37,661 nt of DNA from Nemertoderma westbladi. Taxonomy: Eukaryota > Animalia > Xenacoelomorpha. The stretch spans positions 1 through 37,661 of the forward strand of contig JAUCBJ010001104.1 of assembly GCA_032718475.1 (NCBI GenBank). The letters are read 5' to 3'. A program made the position numbers and the translations under genes. Below the pieces are notes generated by a model, which had not been told where the DNA came from, did not search any database, and saw nothing but the letters and a program-made list of their open reading frames with translations. Shown piece by piece: positions 21,626 through 32,427 of the stretch. Every line of letters begins with the position of its first letter. Position 1 is the stretch's first letter.

Positions 21626-23605
21626 ATGTCGGACCACCGCGATCCGAGAAGCTTCATTCTTCGAGGTAATCCGCCCCCGTTCGACATCGAAACCGAGCGC
21701 CTCACCTGGGCGTTATGGCGCGACGAATGGGAGGCCTTCCTCGTCACCTCCGGCCTGGAGAACCTCCACGAAGCCGACCCCGCCGCCCAACCCGACCCAG
21801 CTCTATCGGCAGTCCTCCTCCGCGCTACCCAGCGACAACGACGAGCCGCCCTCATGACCGCCTTTACGCGCGCCACCAACGCCGTGGTCAAGGGACTCGC
21901 CCTCACTCCGGAGGAGAACTGTAACGCCACCACCGTCATCGATAGACTGGAAGTCCACATCGACGGCGGGACGAACGTCCGCGTCCACCGCCAGGAACTC
22001 TCCCGTCGCCAAAGACTCCCCGAGGAAACCCCGGAGACGTTCCTCGTCCAACTCCGCGACCTCGCCACCAAGTGCCGGTTCGTCGCCCTCCCCACCGCGG
22101 AGGCGCACCTCAACGACCGGTTGCTCGACCAGTTCGTGGCGGGGTTCAACGACCGCGAGGTGACGGAGCAACTCCTCCGCCTCGAGAACGGAGCGACCCT
22201 CTCCGACGCTCTCAGGCGGGCCCAATCCGTTTGGACGGCGCGGAAGGACGCCGCCTCCTTCAACACCGCCACCCCCAAGGCCACCGCATCCCGCAGCGTG
22301 GCGACCCACCCTGCTCCGACGCCGGGAGGCCGGCGCACCCACAACCGCCGCAACCAACTGCAACCGCCCACCCTCTGCCGCCAGTGCGGATACACGCCGC
22401 ACCCGGCCGGAAAGACGTGCCCGGGAATAAAGGCAACGTGCCGCCACTGCGGCACGACTGGGCACTACGACCGGATGTGCCCGACCAACTCCGGCGAACC
22501 GCGCGCCCACGCTGCCACCGGCCCCGCCGACGACTCATGCACCACGGCGAACCGCGCTGAGGTGTGGTCCATCCTGGCGGGCGCCGAACTGGAAGACGCC
22601 CCCATCGTCTCGGTTATGGAGTCCCTGGAGCCTCTGGAGACCGTCACCGTCGGGTTCCAGGTGACGAAGAACCCGAACTTCGGAATCGCAGCGGCCCAGT
22701 TCCTCCCCGACTCCGGAGCGAACATCACCGCGCTCCCGCTCCCCACCTTCCGCTCCTTCGGCGGGACGACGGAGAACCTCCGGACCACCCAACCGCCCCC
22801 CAAAGCGCCGCGACTGGCCAACGGGTGCCGCTCCGGGTGGACAGTGATCGGGATCTTCACTGCAACCCTCCAATGCCCCGCCCTCCACACCGCCTGCACC
22901 ACGGATGTGTGGGTCATCGACGGGCTTCAGCAGCCGCTACTGTCGAGGAAGGCCTGTTTCCTGCTGGCCATCCTCCAGAGCCCGATCCTCCGTGGCGGCC
23001 GCTACTCCGACGGCCCACCCCCGCCCCCCGGCCGCACCCCACGATCCTACCAGATGATCGCGCCCCCGCTATCGTCGCCCAGAGAGGAGGCAACCCCGCC
23101 ACCCCCGGAACCACCCACGCCGCCATCCATGGTGCCAACCAACACCAACACCGCGGCTTGGGCGGCCCTACAACAGCGTTTCCCCCGCCCCCTATCGGGG
23201 AAATGCCGCGTAATGTCTGGGGGGGATATCACAATCAAACTCCACCCGGGCGCCCGGCCCACCAACTCCTACGCGAACCGCGCCGTCCCCATCAACCTCG
23301 AGGCCGCCTTCAACCGCGAGCTGGACGAGCAGGTCGCCATGGGAATCCTCGAGCCCGCCGCGGACGAGCGGAACCCCGGCGAGTGGCTCAGCCCCATGGT
23401 GGTCACCAAAAAGAAGGACGCCACCAAGGTGCGGATCACGGTAGACCTCCGGGAACTCAATAAGGCCACCGTACGTCCCACCTACTACTCCGCCGCTCCC
23501 TTCCAGGTCGTCTCCCGGTCCCAACGTCCGCCCGCGTCTTCTCGGTGCTCGACGGCCTCAAGGGCTTCCACCAGGTCGGGTTGGACTCCTCCAGTCGCCG
23601 ACTGA
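21626..23605 (+). CDS. gag: Gag (two CCHC knuckles), aspartic protease and start of RT; homology shifts frame at about 23518
   Basis: CRQCGYTPHPAGKTC and CRHCGTTGHYDRMC knuckles, protease FLPDSGANIT, and RT start EWLSPMVVTKKKDATKVRITVDLRELNK. Confidence 0.92.
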   Translation: MSDHRDPRSFILRGNPPPFDIETERLTWALWRDEWEAFLVTSGLENLHEADPAAQPDPALSAVLLRATQRQRRAALMTAFTRATNAVVKGLALTPEENCNATTVIDRLEVHIDGGTNVRVHRQELSRRQRLPEETPETFLVQLRDLATKCRFVALPTAEAHLNDRLLDQFVAGFNDREVTEQLLRLENGATLSDALRRAQSVWTARKDAASFNTATPKATASRSVATHPAPTPGGRRTHNRRNQLQPPTLCRQCGYTPHPAGKTCPGIKATCRHCGTTGHYDRMCPTNSGEPRAHAATGPADDSCTTANRAEVWSILAGAELEDAPIVSVMESLEPLETVTVGFQVTKNPNFGIAAAQFLPDSGANITALPLPTFRSFGGTTENLRTTQPPPKAPRLANGCRSGWTVIGIFTATLQCPALHTACTTDVWVIDGLQQPLLSRKACFLLAILQSPILRGGRYSDGPPPPPGRTPRSYQMIAPPLSSPREEATPPPPEPPTPPSMVPTNTNTAAWAALQQRFPRPLSGKCRVMSGGDITIKLHPGARPTNSYANRAVPINLEAAFNRELDEQVAMGILEPAADERNPGEWLSPMVVTKKKDATKVRITVDLRELNKATVRPTYYSAAPFQVVSRSQRPPASSRCSTASRASTRSGWTPPVAD

Positions 23606-26040
23606 CCACCTTTGTGACGCCACGAGGCCGGTTCCGCTACCGCCGGATGCCGATGGGTTGGCATGGTAGCTCTGATGTCTTCAATGCCCGGATGGATAAA
23701 GCCCTCCGAGGAATCCCAAACATCGGGAGGATCGTTGAAGACATCATTATCTACACCGACACGGCGGAGGAGCACTCCGAGGCGGTGGCCCGCGTCCTGG
23801 CCGCCTGCGACGCCTCGTCGATCTCCATAAACACGGCGAAGGTCCAGTTCAAACAGGCCGAGCTCCGGTTCGGCGGCTACCTGGTCTCCCACGGCCGCTA
23901 CCGGATCGACCCGGCCCTCTCCGACGACCTCCGCTACTTCCCGGTCCCGACGAACCGCCGTCAGCTCCGCTCGTTCCTCGGACTCGCCCAGCAGCTCGGG
24001 AACTCGACGGCGGAGATAACCCGACTCGTCGACCCGCTCCGTTCGCTAAACTCGAACCTCAACTCCTGGGTCTGGCTCCCCCAACACCAGGCTGCGTTCG
24101 AGGCGACCCGGTCAACCCTGTCGAGTCCGCACTACCTGTCGGGGTTCCACCCGGACCGCCGAACCGAGCTGCTGACGGACGCCTCCCGACTGAACGGCCT
24201 CGGGTTTCTCCTCCGCCAGTGGGACTCCGACGCCAACCGTTGGCGCACCGTCCAGTGCGGCTCGCGCACCCTGGCCACACACGAGGCCAACTGGTCGGGG
24301 ATGGCGGAACTGGAGGCCCTCGGCGCTGCGTGGGCGGCCCACAAGTGCCGCTACTTCCTCGACGGGCTCCGCCACTTCGAGCTCGTCACTGATAGCAGCC
24401 CCCTGATCCCCATCCTGAACGACCGCCGGTTGGACCAGGTCAGCAACGATCGGCTGCTGAAGTTAAAGACGTTGATGTCGCGCTTTAACTTCACCGCCCG
24501 CCACCAACGCGGCAGTAAACACGTAATCGCCGACGCCTTCTCCCGCGCCCCCAGGAACTCCCCAACCTCCGACGACATCCTCCTCACCCCGGAAGACGAC
24601 GCCGACCGGGAGTTTATCGTCTCCGCGGCCGTCGCCGCGTCCGCCGCCACCCCGTCGGTCGAATCTCGGGACGCGCGGCTCGACCAGATCCGGGAGGCCG
24701 GGCAGCGCGACCCCGTGTACCGCGCGCTCCTCGCCACCATCCGGGACGGCTGGCCGACGTCCAAACACAACGTCACCGACGACCAGCTGCGGCCCTACTT
24801 CCAGTTCCGCTCGGAGCTGATGGTGCACGATGGCGTCATTCTCCGCGGGCCCCAGCTCTATATCCCCGTCGAACTCCGTCCCGAGACGCTCCGGCTACTC
24901 CACGCCGCCCACCAGGGACTCACTAAAACTCGGGAGAGGGCGTGTCGCTCCGTCTGGTGGCCCTCCATACCCAACGACATCAAACAGACGGTCGAGCGCT
25001 GCCAACCCTGTCAGGCAGCCCTCCCATCGCACCCACCCGAGCCACTCCAACGGAACCCGGACGCCACCCGCCCGTTCCAAAGAGTACACACCGACATATT
25101 TGTCCTAGACGGCACCAACTACCTCGTTGTGACCGACGAATTCACCGGCTGGCCCACCCTTTACAAACTCGGCCAGAACTCAACCTCCCCAGTAATAATC
25201 GACTGCCTCCGCCGCCTCTTCTTGGCCACTGCGGTACCGACCGTTATCCGTCCAGACAACGGGCCCCAGCTGGTGTCCGACGCCGTCCGGTCATTCCTGT
25301 CCGACTGGGGTGTCCGACTGGAGCCCTCTACGCCCTACCTACCGCGCACCAACGGCCGCGCCGAAGCGGCCGTCAAAGCACTAAAGAAGTTGGTCCGCGG
25401 GGCGCGCCACAACTCCGACGAGATCGCGAAGGGCATCCTCGCCTTCCGCAACACCTCGCGTTACGGCGGCCGCTCCCCGGCGGAACTTTTATACGGCCGC
25501 AACGTCAGGGAGGCCCTACCCGTCCACTTCACCGCGTTTGATCCCAAGTGGCAAAAGACCTTCACAGAGCTCGACGCCACATCCGCGACCAATCAAAACC
25601 AGCTCGCGGCAAATTACGACCGCCACGCCCGCAGCCTTAAGGCTATGCCGGTTGGGACACCAGTCCTCATCCAGGACCCGACAACCAAACGTTGGACTGG
25701 CCAGGGAACCATCGCTGAGGGCCTCCCCAACCACGACTACCTGGTCCGACAGACCAGTGGCCGCGTACTCCGCCGGAACCGCGTTCTACTCCGGCAGCGC
25801 CACTTCACTACGGGGTGCGCCACCCCGACCCCACCACAGGGCGACCCCCCTCAACCAGAGACACCGAGGCGGCCAGTGGCACCTACGACACCGGCCCTAC
25901 CACAGCCAACGTGGGCTGAAATGGCCGCCAGGCCACAGCCAGCCCCACAACCAGTTACCCCTCCGATCCAGACTAGGTCGGGGAGAATAATAAAACCGCC
26001 CTTACGTTACTCGAACAGCGAGTATAACAAACTAGAGTAA
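23518..26040 (+). CDS. pol: Pol remainder: RT, RNase H and integrase
   Basis: VFSVLDGLKGFHQ, MPMG and IVEDII in RT. RNase H: LTDAS, ELEAL, VTD and IADAFSR. Integrase: HAAHQG..CQPC, HTD, PDNGPQ and NGRAE. Confidence 0.93.
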   Translation, partial: VPTSARVFSVLDGLKGFHQVGLDSSSRRLTTFVTPRGRFRYRRMPMGWHGSSDVFNARMDKALRGIPNIGRIVEDIIIYTDTAEEHSEAVARVLAACDASSISINTAKVQFKQAELRFGGYLVSHGRYRIDPALSDDLRYFPVPTNRRQLRSFLGLAQQLGNSTAEITRLVDPLRSLNSNLNSWVWLPQHQAAFEATRSTLSSPHYLSGFHPDRRTELLTDASRLNGLGFLLRQWDSDANRWRTVQCGSRTLATHEANWSGMAELEALGAAWAAHKCRYFLDGLRHFELVTDSSPLIPILNDRRLDQVSNDRLLKLKTLMSRFNFTARHQRGSKHVIADAFSRAPRNSPTSDDILLTPEDDADREFIVSAAVAASAATPSVESRDARLDQIREAGQRDPVYRALLATIRDGWPTSKHNVTDDQLRPYFQFRSELMVHDGVILRGPQLYIPVELRPETLRLLHAAHQGLTKTRERACRSVWWPSIPNDIKQTVERCQPCQAALPSHPPEPLQRNPDATRPFQRVHTDIFVLDGTNYLVVTDEFTGWPTLYKLGQNSTSPVIIDCLRRLFLATAVPTVIRPDNGPQLVSDAVRSFLSDWGVRLEPSTPYLPRTNGRAEAAVKALKKLVRGARHNSDEIAKGILAFRNTSRYGGRSPAELLYGRNVREALPVHFTAFDPKWQKTFTELDATSATNQNQLAANYDRHARSLKAMPVGTPVLIQDPTTKRWTGQGTIAEGLPNHDYLVRQTSGRVLRRNRVLLRQRHFTTGCATPTPPQGDPPQPETPRRPVAPTTPALPQPTWAEMAARPQPAPQPVTPPIQTRSGRIIKPPLRYSNSEYNKLE

Positions 26041-26114
26041 CCCGTAACTCCGCAATAAATTGTTTAGGCTATAAACTATTTGTTTTGAGGCGCTACGCCA
26101 ACCCCACCCCACCT

Positions 26115-26125
26115 AAAGAGGGGTA
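26115..26125 (+). promoter_or_regulatory. Polypurine tract
   Basis: AAAGAGGGG(TA) immediately before the 3' LTR. Confidence 0.75.
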
Positions 26126-26330
26126 TGTGTAGTATCCCCTACGTAACATCCGCCTACATAAGCCCTACGCCTATGGCCCGCTAGATGGCGTAGCTTATCT
26201 TATTATTATTATATTATGTTTTATATATCGGTACATCCTTCCTGATTATACAGCAGTACATACGTACTACTGTCTGACTGACTGTACTACGGCTGTCTGC
26301 ATTGCTGCACCCTGCCCCCCTGATTAGTCA
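26126..26330 (+). repeat. 3' LTR (205 bp)
   Basis: Direct repeat of 21349-21553, followed by the TSD CTTTA. Confidence 0.96.
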
Positions 26331-27619
26331 CTTTATAACTATGCAAACTCTCGAAAGTGTGAGAGTAACTGCTGATTTATGGCAAATGGATACTCGTATC
26401 CACTGTAAACTCGTTGCGTTGGTTCGTTAGCAATCAAAAATTTACGACGACAGACGACGACGACGGACAACTATGTAATTAATGGCACCCATTTGCTAAG
26501 GCTTCGCTCACTTCGTGGCTCGCTCCACAATAATCTTGGCAACCTCATCGACTTATACTGTGTGGAAATCAATTACCTGTGTAGACACCGTACCGTAGAC
26601 ACAGTACCTGCGTATACCTGTGTAGAAATCCATTACATAAGCCATTTTTCATCATGAACACCAGCTGTTATTGGTGTTATTTTTACCATTGCGTCTATGG
26701 CACTTTTCGTTTATTTCATTTTTTGCAAAAACTAATTGATGAATGACTGTCTGATGAATAGAGTGCACCGGTAGTGATGATAGCACAGCGTAGCGGTGGA
26801 AAACTTTTAGGAAAACGTTAACCTCTACTATACTGGAATAAATGCCAACTAAGTTATAATGCACGTGACCGTTAATATATATGTAAAGGGGAGAAATACA
26901 TTGGCCTTAGGCTCACACGTTTATTGGCCTCCAATCGACTCCCTAAACCGCCATGTGCGTCCCTCCAATTGGCTGGCTTATAACCCCTAATCTACCTCCC
27001 TTAGGCCTTTGCTAGCCTCTACCCACCGAGGTGGATTGTTAGTTCACATCCTGACTATCCTTATTGCATCATCCCTTTCTTGGTGTACTTATTGGATATA
27101 CCTTAATGGCCAACTTGGTAAATTCCCCCCCCCCCCCCCCTACCCCCCCCCCTCCTTCATTTTGTGGGTTGGAAATGCATAGCGGAATGGATCCGCTAAA
27201 AAAAGTATCGATGGAAGATTTTTATGTTTTTTTTTCTTCAAAAAGTCACCTTCAACAAATAAAACAACATAAGTGTTGGCAAAAATTAGAGTTTTATGCC
27301 ACCACTTAAATAGTTATTATGAATCATAAATGATAATAATAATATATACAATAATACTTAAATTAAAACATTATGTATTATTGAATGTTGCCTTCTAATC
27401 TCCAGACTAAAACAATTTAACTACTAAGGAGGTTCTGTTCAATCTCTTCCACCGTCGCTTGAATTGAAGTATTTTTCAGATTCTCAGTAATTTTATCAAT
27501 AAATCGATCATTAGAGATTGTATTTGAACATTCAATACCCGCCACAGAAATAGCTTTACTAAATAATTTAGATGAATTACTTGAGATTATTTCAAAACAC
27601 TAGAAATTTCTCTTTGAAA

Positions 27620-29230
27620 ATTATCATTCACAATAGATTGTATAATAGACACATCAACCAATTAAGGCTATTAGTGACCGCACAATTAATTGCACAAACA
27701 ACTATAAGGAGATAATAATAAACACAAAGAAAATACACTAATATAAAATAAATTTTAGGTTTAAAAAAAAAATATACTGACGAAACCACATACTGTATAA
27801 TACCCACAAAAATAATTGATATGAATATTATATGGAACGACATTGCATAATGTTCTCCCTAACCCGAAAAGCCTCAGATTAAGGTAACGGCCTAACTTGA
27901 GTAGTTTTTCCCTGGTTGTTGCCCCCATTAGCTCATGGTATTTAAATATAGTAGGATTCACATTGTAGCGCCCAGAGAAGTGCTTCATGCACAGATCTCG
28001 ATAACCATCACACACCAACAAAGAATGATATTCATCTTCTATATCATTTTTAATACAAACCGGCAGATTCTCGATTCTCTGGGTATTTTATACCACCGGC
28101 CGCTCTCGATCAGAAGTGCATGTGACGAACACCTGAACCTGGAAATCAACCTACTAAGACCTGCGTGACCTCTCAACATAGATAGGTTATTCTCCAAACT
28201 GAAATCCCTCTTGCTATAGAGCATACCCTTCGGCGACCGCTCGATGGCACCCCACCAACCCTGTACGAACTGTGCACATAGTCGTTCACGAACATTTAGA
28301 ATGAATTTCCTCTCATTTAATATGTCCCCGGGTCTTTCCCACGCCCAAGTAAATCCCAGATTATTTAGTAAATTACGCACCGAGATAGCCCAATTTCCAC
28401 CATCCCCTGTTCTACCAGTATTTAGTTCATTCAATTGCAAAATATAGGCCTGTTTAACTAATCTAGTGTCATTGCACCTTAGTAACTTTAACCAATACTT
28501 TATAATCCTACAGTATCTTTCAATTTCTAGCGGAAAATGCCAGATTCACCGTAAACCATGAAGTTTGGGGTTGTTAACTTCACTCCAAGGCGGTTCTTTA
28601 AGAATTTTAATAAGACACGTTCTGTATCAACTGACGAACAAAAACCCCAAACTTCGCAACCATATGTCAAAATTGGCTTAACTAATGCATTTAATAAATC
28701 ACAAGCCGTAATGAAATCCGAGGTGGGAAAATTAACCAAATACTTTGTCGACGAAAAGTTAGCTTTTTCCCCTTTGTTAGCCAGATTTTTCTGAGCGCAG
28801 GCAAAGCTGCCCCCACAAGCAAATAATACTCCCAGATAAGTATATTCACCCACCACTTTAACATTATGACCCTTATATTTCCATTTTTCATGGGAGGCCA
28901 CTTGTCCCTCTTTCCTAAATACAACAACGTTAGATTTGTCAAGGTTAACCGTAAGAGACCAATAGTCACAATAACTACCCAATATATCAAATGCATGTTG
29001 TAAATCATTAACTGTGTTTGCCATCACACAATGTCATCAGCATACAAGACAACAACATTAAAAGTTTAAATGTGCCAATTGAGATACCTTGAATACCATT
29101 TGCAGCCAATTCAGATTCTAAATCATTTAAAAATCGATTAATAACAATGGACTAAGACATTCGCCCTGCCTCACGCCCAACCAACATATAAACTCACCAG
29201 AGAGTTCCCCATCTACACGTACTCGTTATT
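27620..29230 (-). mobile_element. 5'-truncated, frameshifted non-LTR retrotransposon (RTE-X-like): RT C-terminal half, CCHC finger and 3' UTR
   Basis: GVRQGECLSPLL (~29180), VLYADD (~29045), YCDYWSLTVNLDKS, YTYLGV, LTYGCEVWG, SRFRCSSHALLIESGRW..IPRESRIC and EDEYH..LVC, spread over several broken frames. Confidence 0.85.
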
Positions 29231-29537
29231 AACTGCAAACTTTAAATAGATAGGCCTTCTTCCGAATGTGACGAACCTGGCTCAAGTCGATACAGTGATC
29301 CCTGAGCTACAGCCCTCAACAGTCTCTCTCGGTATTCCACGTATGAAAATAATATTTCTGTAGTTTCTGGGTTCGATCTTAGATTTTTATCTTCAACGAA
29401 TAAACGAAGTTTTGATTTACGTCATGCAGGTAAAACATATCTGCCGTAATTATCGGCTTTCTGCTATGGGTTGCAACGTAGGTTGATTATAAACTAGGCA
29501 TCTTGCTTTAGGATAACTCTGTTTAGTAACTATTATG

Positions 29538-29765
29538 GAGACAGGGGGAAAACTGGACGCAAATCCCATCTTGGCGAATTAATATCCCGCCTCAATGTTA
29601 AATTCGCAATTTAGGGAAAGGAACAGGTTACCGTGGCACGTTATTTTAACCAAATCAATAAACTAAACACAATAGAACAATGCTGTTATTTGCGTCCAAT
29701 TTCCCTTGGAGAGGGATGAATTTTTATTGCGTCCAGTCCCCCCCCCCCCCCCCCCCCCCTATCTG
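29538..29765. mobile_element. Complete ~230-bp MITE with 8-bp TSD (hAT-like or P-like)
   Basis: TIRs GAGACAGGGGGAAAACTGGACGCAA ... TTGCGTCCAGTC(n)TATCTG. TSD CTATTATG at 29530-29537 and 29766-29773. Confidence 0.85.
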
Positions 29766-30121
29766 CTATTATGAGTTGTTATAACTCTGTGTGACTCCAA
29801 ACTTATCGATAAAGTTTACATAGGAAACGTTTACGAGCTACAAGATATTGCTACAGAAGGCTCTCTACATAAGTAAAGTTGCAAATCAATAACGAATAAT
29901 TCTTCTGAACAATAGCTCCATGGTCTACCGTGTAGATTAATTCCCGTCTGCATCCACACATTTGTTTATTTAATCTGTATGGAATGACGTTCCCAAATAA
30001 GGGATATTACATTACACAATATAGACTCTCCCGTGACATACATTTGGTAATCATTCATTATAAATTTATCGGTTATTATATATAGCGTATTAACGACCGG
30101 TTACAGTGAACCAGTAATCTT

Positions 30122-30576
30122 AACCGGTTACATTGACTACTGTAGTAACGTGAACCGGTTACATTGACGACTGTAGTAACGTGAACCGGTTACATTGACT
30201 ACTGTAGTAACGTGAACCGGTTACATTGACTACTGTAGTAACGTGAACCGGTTACATTGACTACTCTACTGTTGTAACGTGAACCGGTTACATTGACTAC
30301 TGTAGTAACGTGAACCGGTTACATTGACTACTCTACTGTTGTAACGTGAACCGGTTACATTGACTACTGTAGTAACGTGAACCGGTTACATTGACTACTG
30401 TAGTAACGTGAACCGGTTACATTGACTACTGTAGTAACGTGAACCGGTTACATTGACTACTGTAGTAACGTGAACCGGTTACATTGACTACTGTAGTAAC
30501 GTGAACCGGTTACATTGACTACTGTAGTAACGTGAACCGGTTACATTGACTACTGTAGTAACGTAAACCGGTTACA
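30122..30576. repeat. 31-bp minisatellite, about 14 copies
   Basis: Unit AACCGGTTACATTGACTACTGTAGTAACGTG. Two copies carry a 6-bp insertion. Confidence 0.96.
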
Positions 30577-30953
30577 AACAGTGCCGTTATGTACTGTATA
30601 ACGGCTATAATTATGATTATCATGATTATTGGCTTATTATCAACATTATGGAACGCGAAATTAAATACCCACAACTACACTTTGACAGCTGAACAACATT
30701 TCAGAGTTACGTACATTAATTATATCGTTAATTATTGTTCTATCTCTATTCAGTCAATTAGTGTAATGTCAAGCAGTACATCATTTATATATCGTATATA
30801 TAGGCCCTATTTTCATCGTTATAATACTGCCATCAACTCAGGCTAAGCTCAATTGTAATTTAAAGGCTTAGTAGGTTTTGTATATCTGGGACGTTTACAA
30901 CAGCTGTCGATGAACCAGGGTGCCAGCCTGGTACCAACAGAGCTGTTGGGTAG

Positions 30954-32210
30954 ACTGAATGGTCCCGACTCAAACAGAATACTGCGGACAAGAATGCAGT
31001 TAAGGCTGCATCTAGGTCCCTGAACAGGCAGTACTCTGTTAATCTACAGGAGCTAATAAACCAACAGGTTGATGCCATCAATGATGCTGACGACAGCAGA
31101 CAATCATCCCAGGTATGGAAATCAATCAACTTTCTCTCTGGGCGGAAAAGCCAACCAACCACCAAGGTTAAGGCTGAATCACCAGCCGATCGCCTCAATG
31201 GTTGGAAGGCCCACTTTGAAAAGCTCCTCAATAATGACAGGGTTTTGCCTGATAACTTTATAGAAGTAAAAGTGTTTGAGTCTGTACTCCCAGATATTCC
31301 CATTGGCGATATCTCCTTTGCAGAAGTGAAGGCTGCTGCAAAGAGCATTAAGACCAATTGTGCCAGTGGAGTAGATGGTGTTCCCCCTGAGGTCTTTAAA
31401 ATATCTGAGTGTTTAAAGCTCATCTATCCCATCATAGTAGACATGTACCGAACAACAAGAGTCCCACAAGAAATGAAAACAAATAAGTTGGTGCCAGTTC
31501 CCAAGAAGGGCAACCTAACACTCTATGGTTCTTTTCGGGGAATCTCATTGATCTCGATTGCTGCAAAGCTATACAATAGAATTCTATTAAATCGCATCTG
31601 GGATCCCAGTGAGAGACTGCTCCGTGGAAATCAGAATGGGTTCCGTAAAGGTCGTGGGACCATGGAGCCCATTCTGGCACTTAGAAGGATAATTGAAAGG
31701 TTATCAAAAAAGAAAGAAAAGCATCTGGCTGTTATCTTTGTTGACTTCTTCAAGGCCTTTGATTCAATCTCTCGCTCACGTATGTTCAGCATACTTTCAT
31801 TATATGGGATTCCTGATGAAATTATTGCAGCAATCAGATCAGTATACGATGGTTCGACAACATTTGTGTCTACTGTTGACGGTGACACAGAACCATTTGA
31901 AGTGTTATGGGGCGTCCGCCAGGGAGACACACTTGCACCATTCTTGTTCATAATTGTGGTTGACTATGTTCTACGCATGTCCTTAGATCATCATAATGAT
32001 GATGGGGTGGTGATAACTCCACCTACTGGCTCTAGAAGTCGAGGAAATCCTGCCAAGTACCTAACTCATCTAGACTTTGCTGATGACTTAGGAGTACTCT
32101 CAGAATCACTAGAAGGAGCCCAACGGCTCCTCAGCTCATTAGAACATGCTGCTTCTTGTGTTGGTCTTTTTATTAACTCTAGAAAGACCAAAATTTTGAC
32201 AGTATGGTAG
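30954..32210 (+). mobile_element. RTE-clade LINE fragment (RT domain, truncated at both ends)
   Basis: The frame is open from 30954: ASGVDGVPPE, PVPKKGN...FRGISLISIAAKLYNRILLNR, QNGFRKGR, FVDFFKAFDSI, GVRQGDTLAPFLF and LDFADD. It stops after KTK and has no endonuclease domain. Confidence 0.9.
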
Positions 32211-32427
32211 GCAGTTTGTTCGGTTGATGGAAATCATTCTTGGTTTGCATTTTCCACTCCCATCTGTTTCTTGTAGTCTGTGTAAGACAGGTTCGTTTAA
32301 AGCCATCTTGGTGGCGTTCTAGTGTTAGGAAATAAATATAGTACCTAAAAAATTTGTTACATTAGTAGTTTGGCTGTTGTACAACTTATAAATTAAAATC
32401 CACCCGTGGCATTTACTGCATACTATA

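Larger units (their letters stand above)
21349..26330 (+). mobile_element. Full-length Ty3/Gypsy LTR retrotransposon, Mag-like
   Basis: 205-bp TG...CA LTRs, 5-bp TSD CTTTA (21344-21348 and 26331-26335), PBS, PPT and gag-PR-RT-RH-IN domain order. Confidence 0.97.

Noticed and set aside
21547-25990. Many overlapping or antisense ORFs (e.g. 21547-22455 -, 22564-23463 +, 24942-25541 +)
   Set aside because: These are shadow frames of a GC-rich gag-pol region with few stops. They are Arg/Pro/Gly-rich with no domains, and there is no env-like ORF.
27417-27600. Open frame of about 60 codons on the minus strand (EIISSNSSKLFSKAISVAG...)
   Set aside because: No recognisable homology or start codon, so it cannot be supported as an exon.
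2620-29760. Long poly-G/poly-C runs (2620, 2938, 9568, 10434, 27125, 29738) as G-quadruplex elements
   Set aside because: Several lie within MITE ends, run lengths are error-prone, and no specific function can be supported.
30860-31423. 187-aa minus-strand ORF
   Set aside because: It is the antisense shadow of the RTE LINE reading frame.
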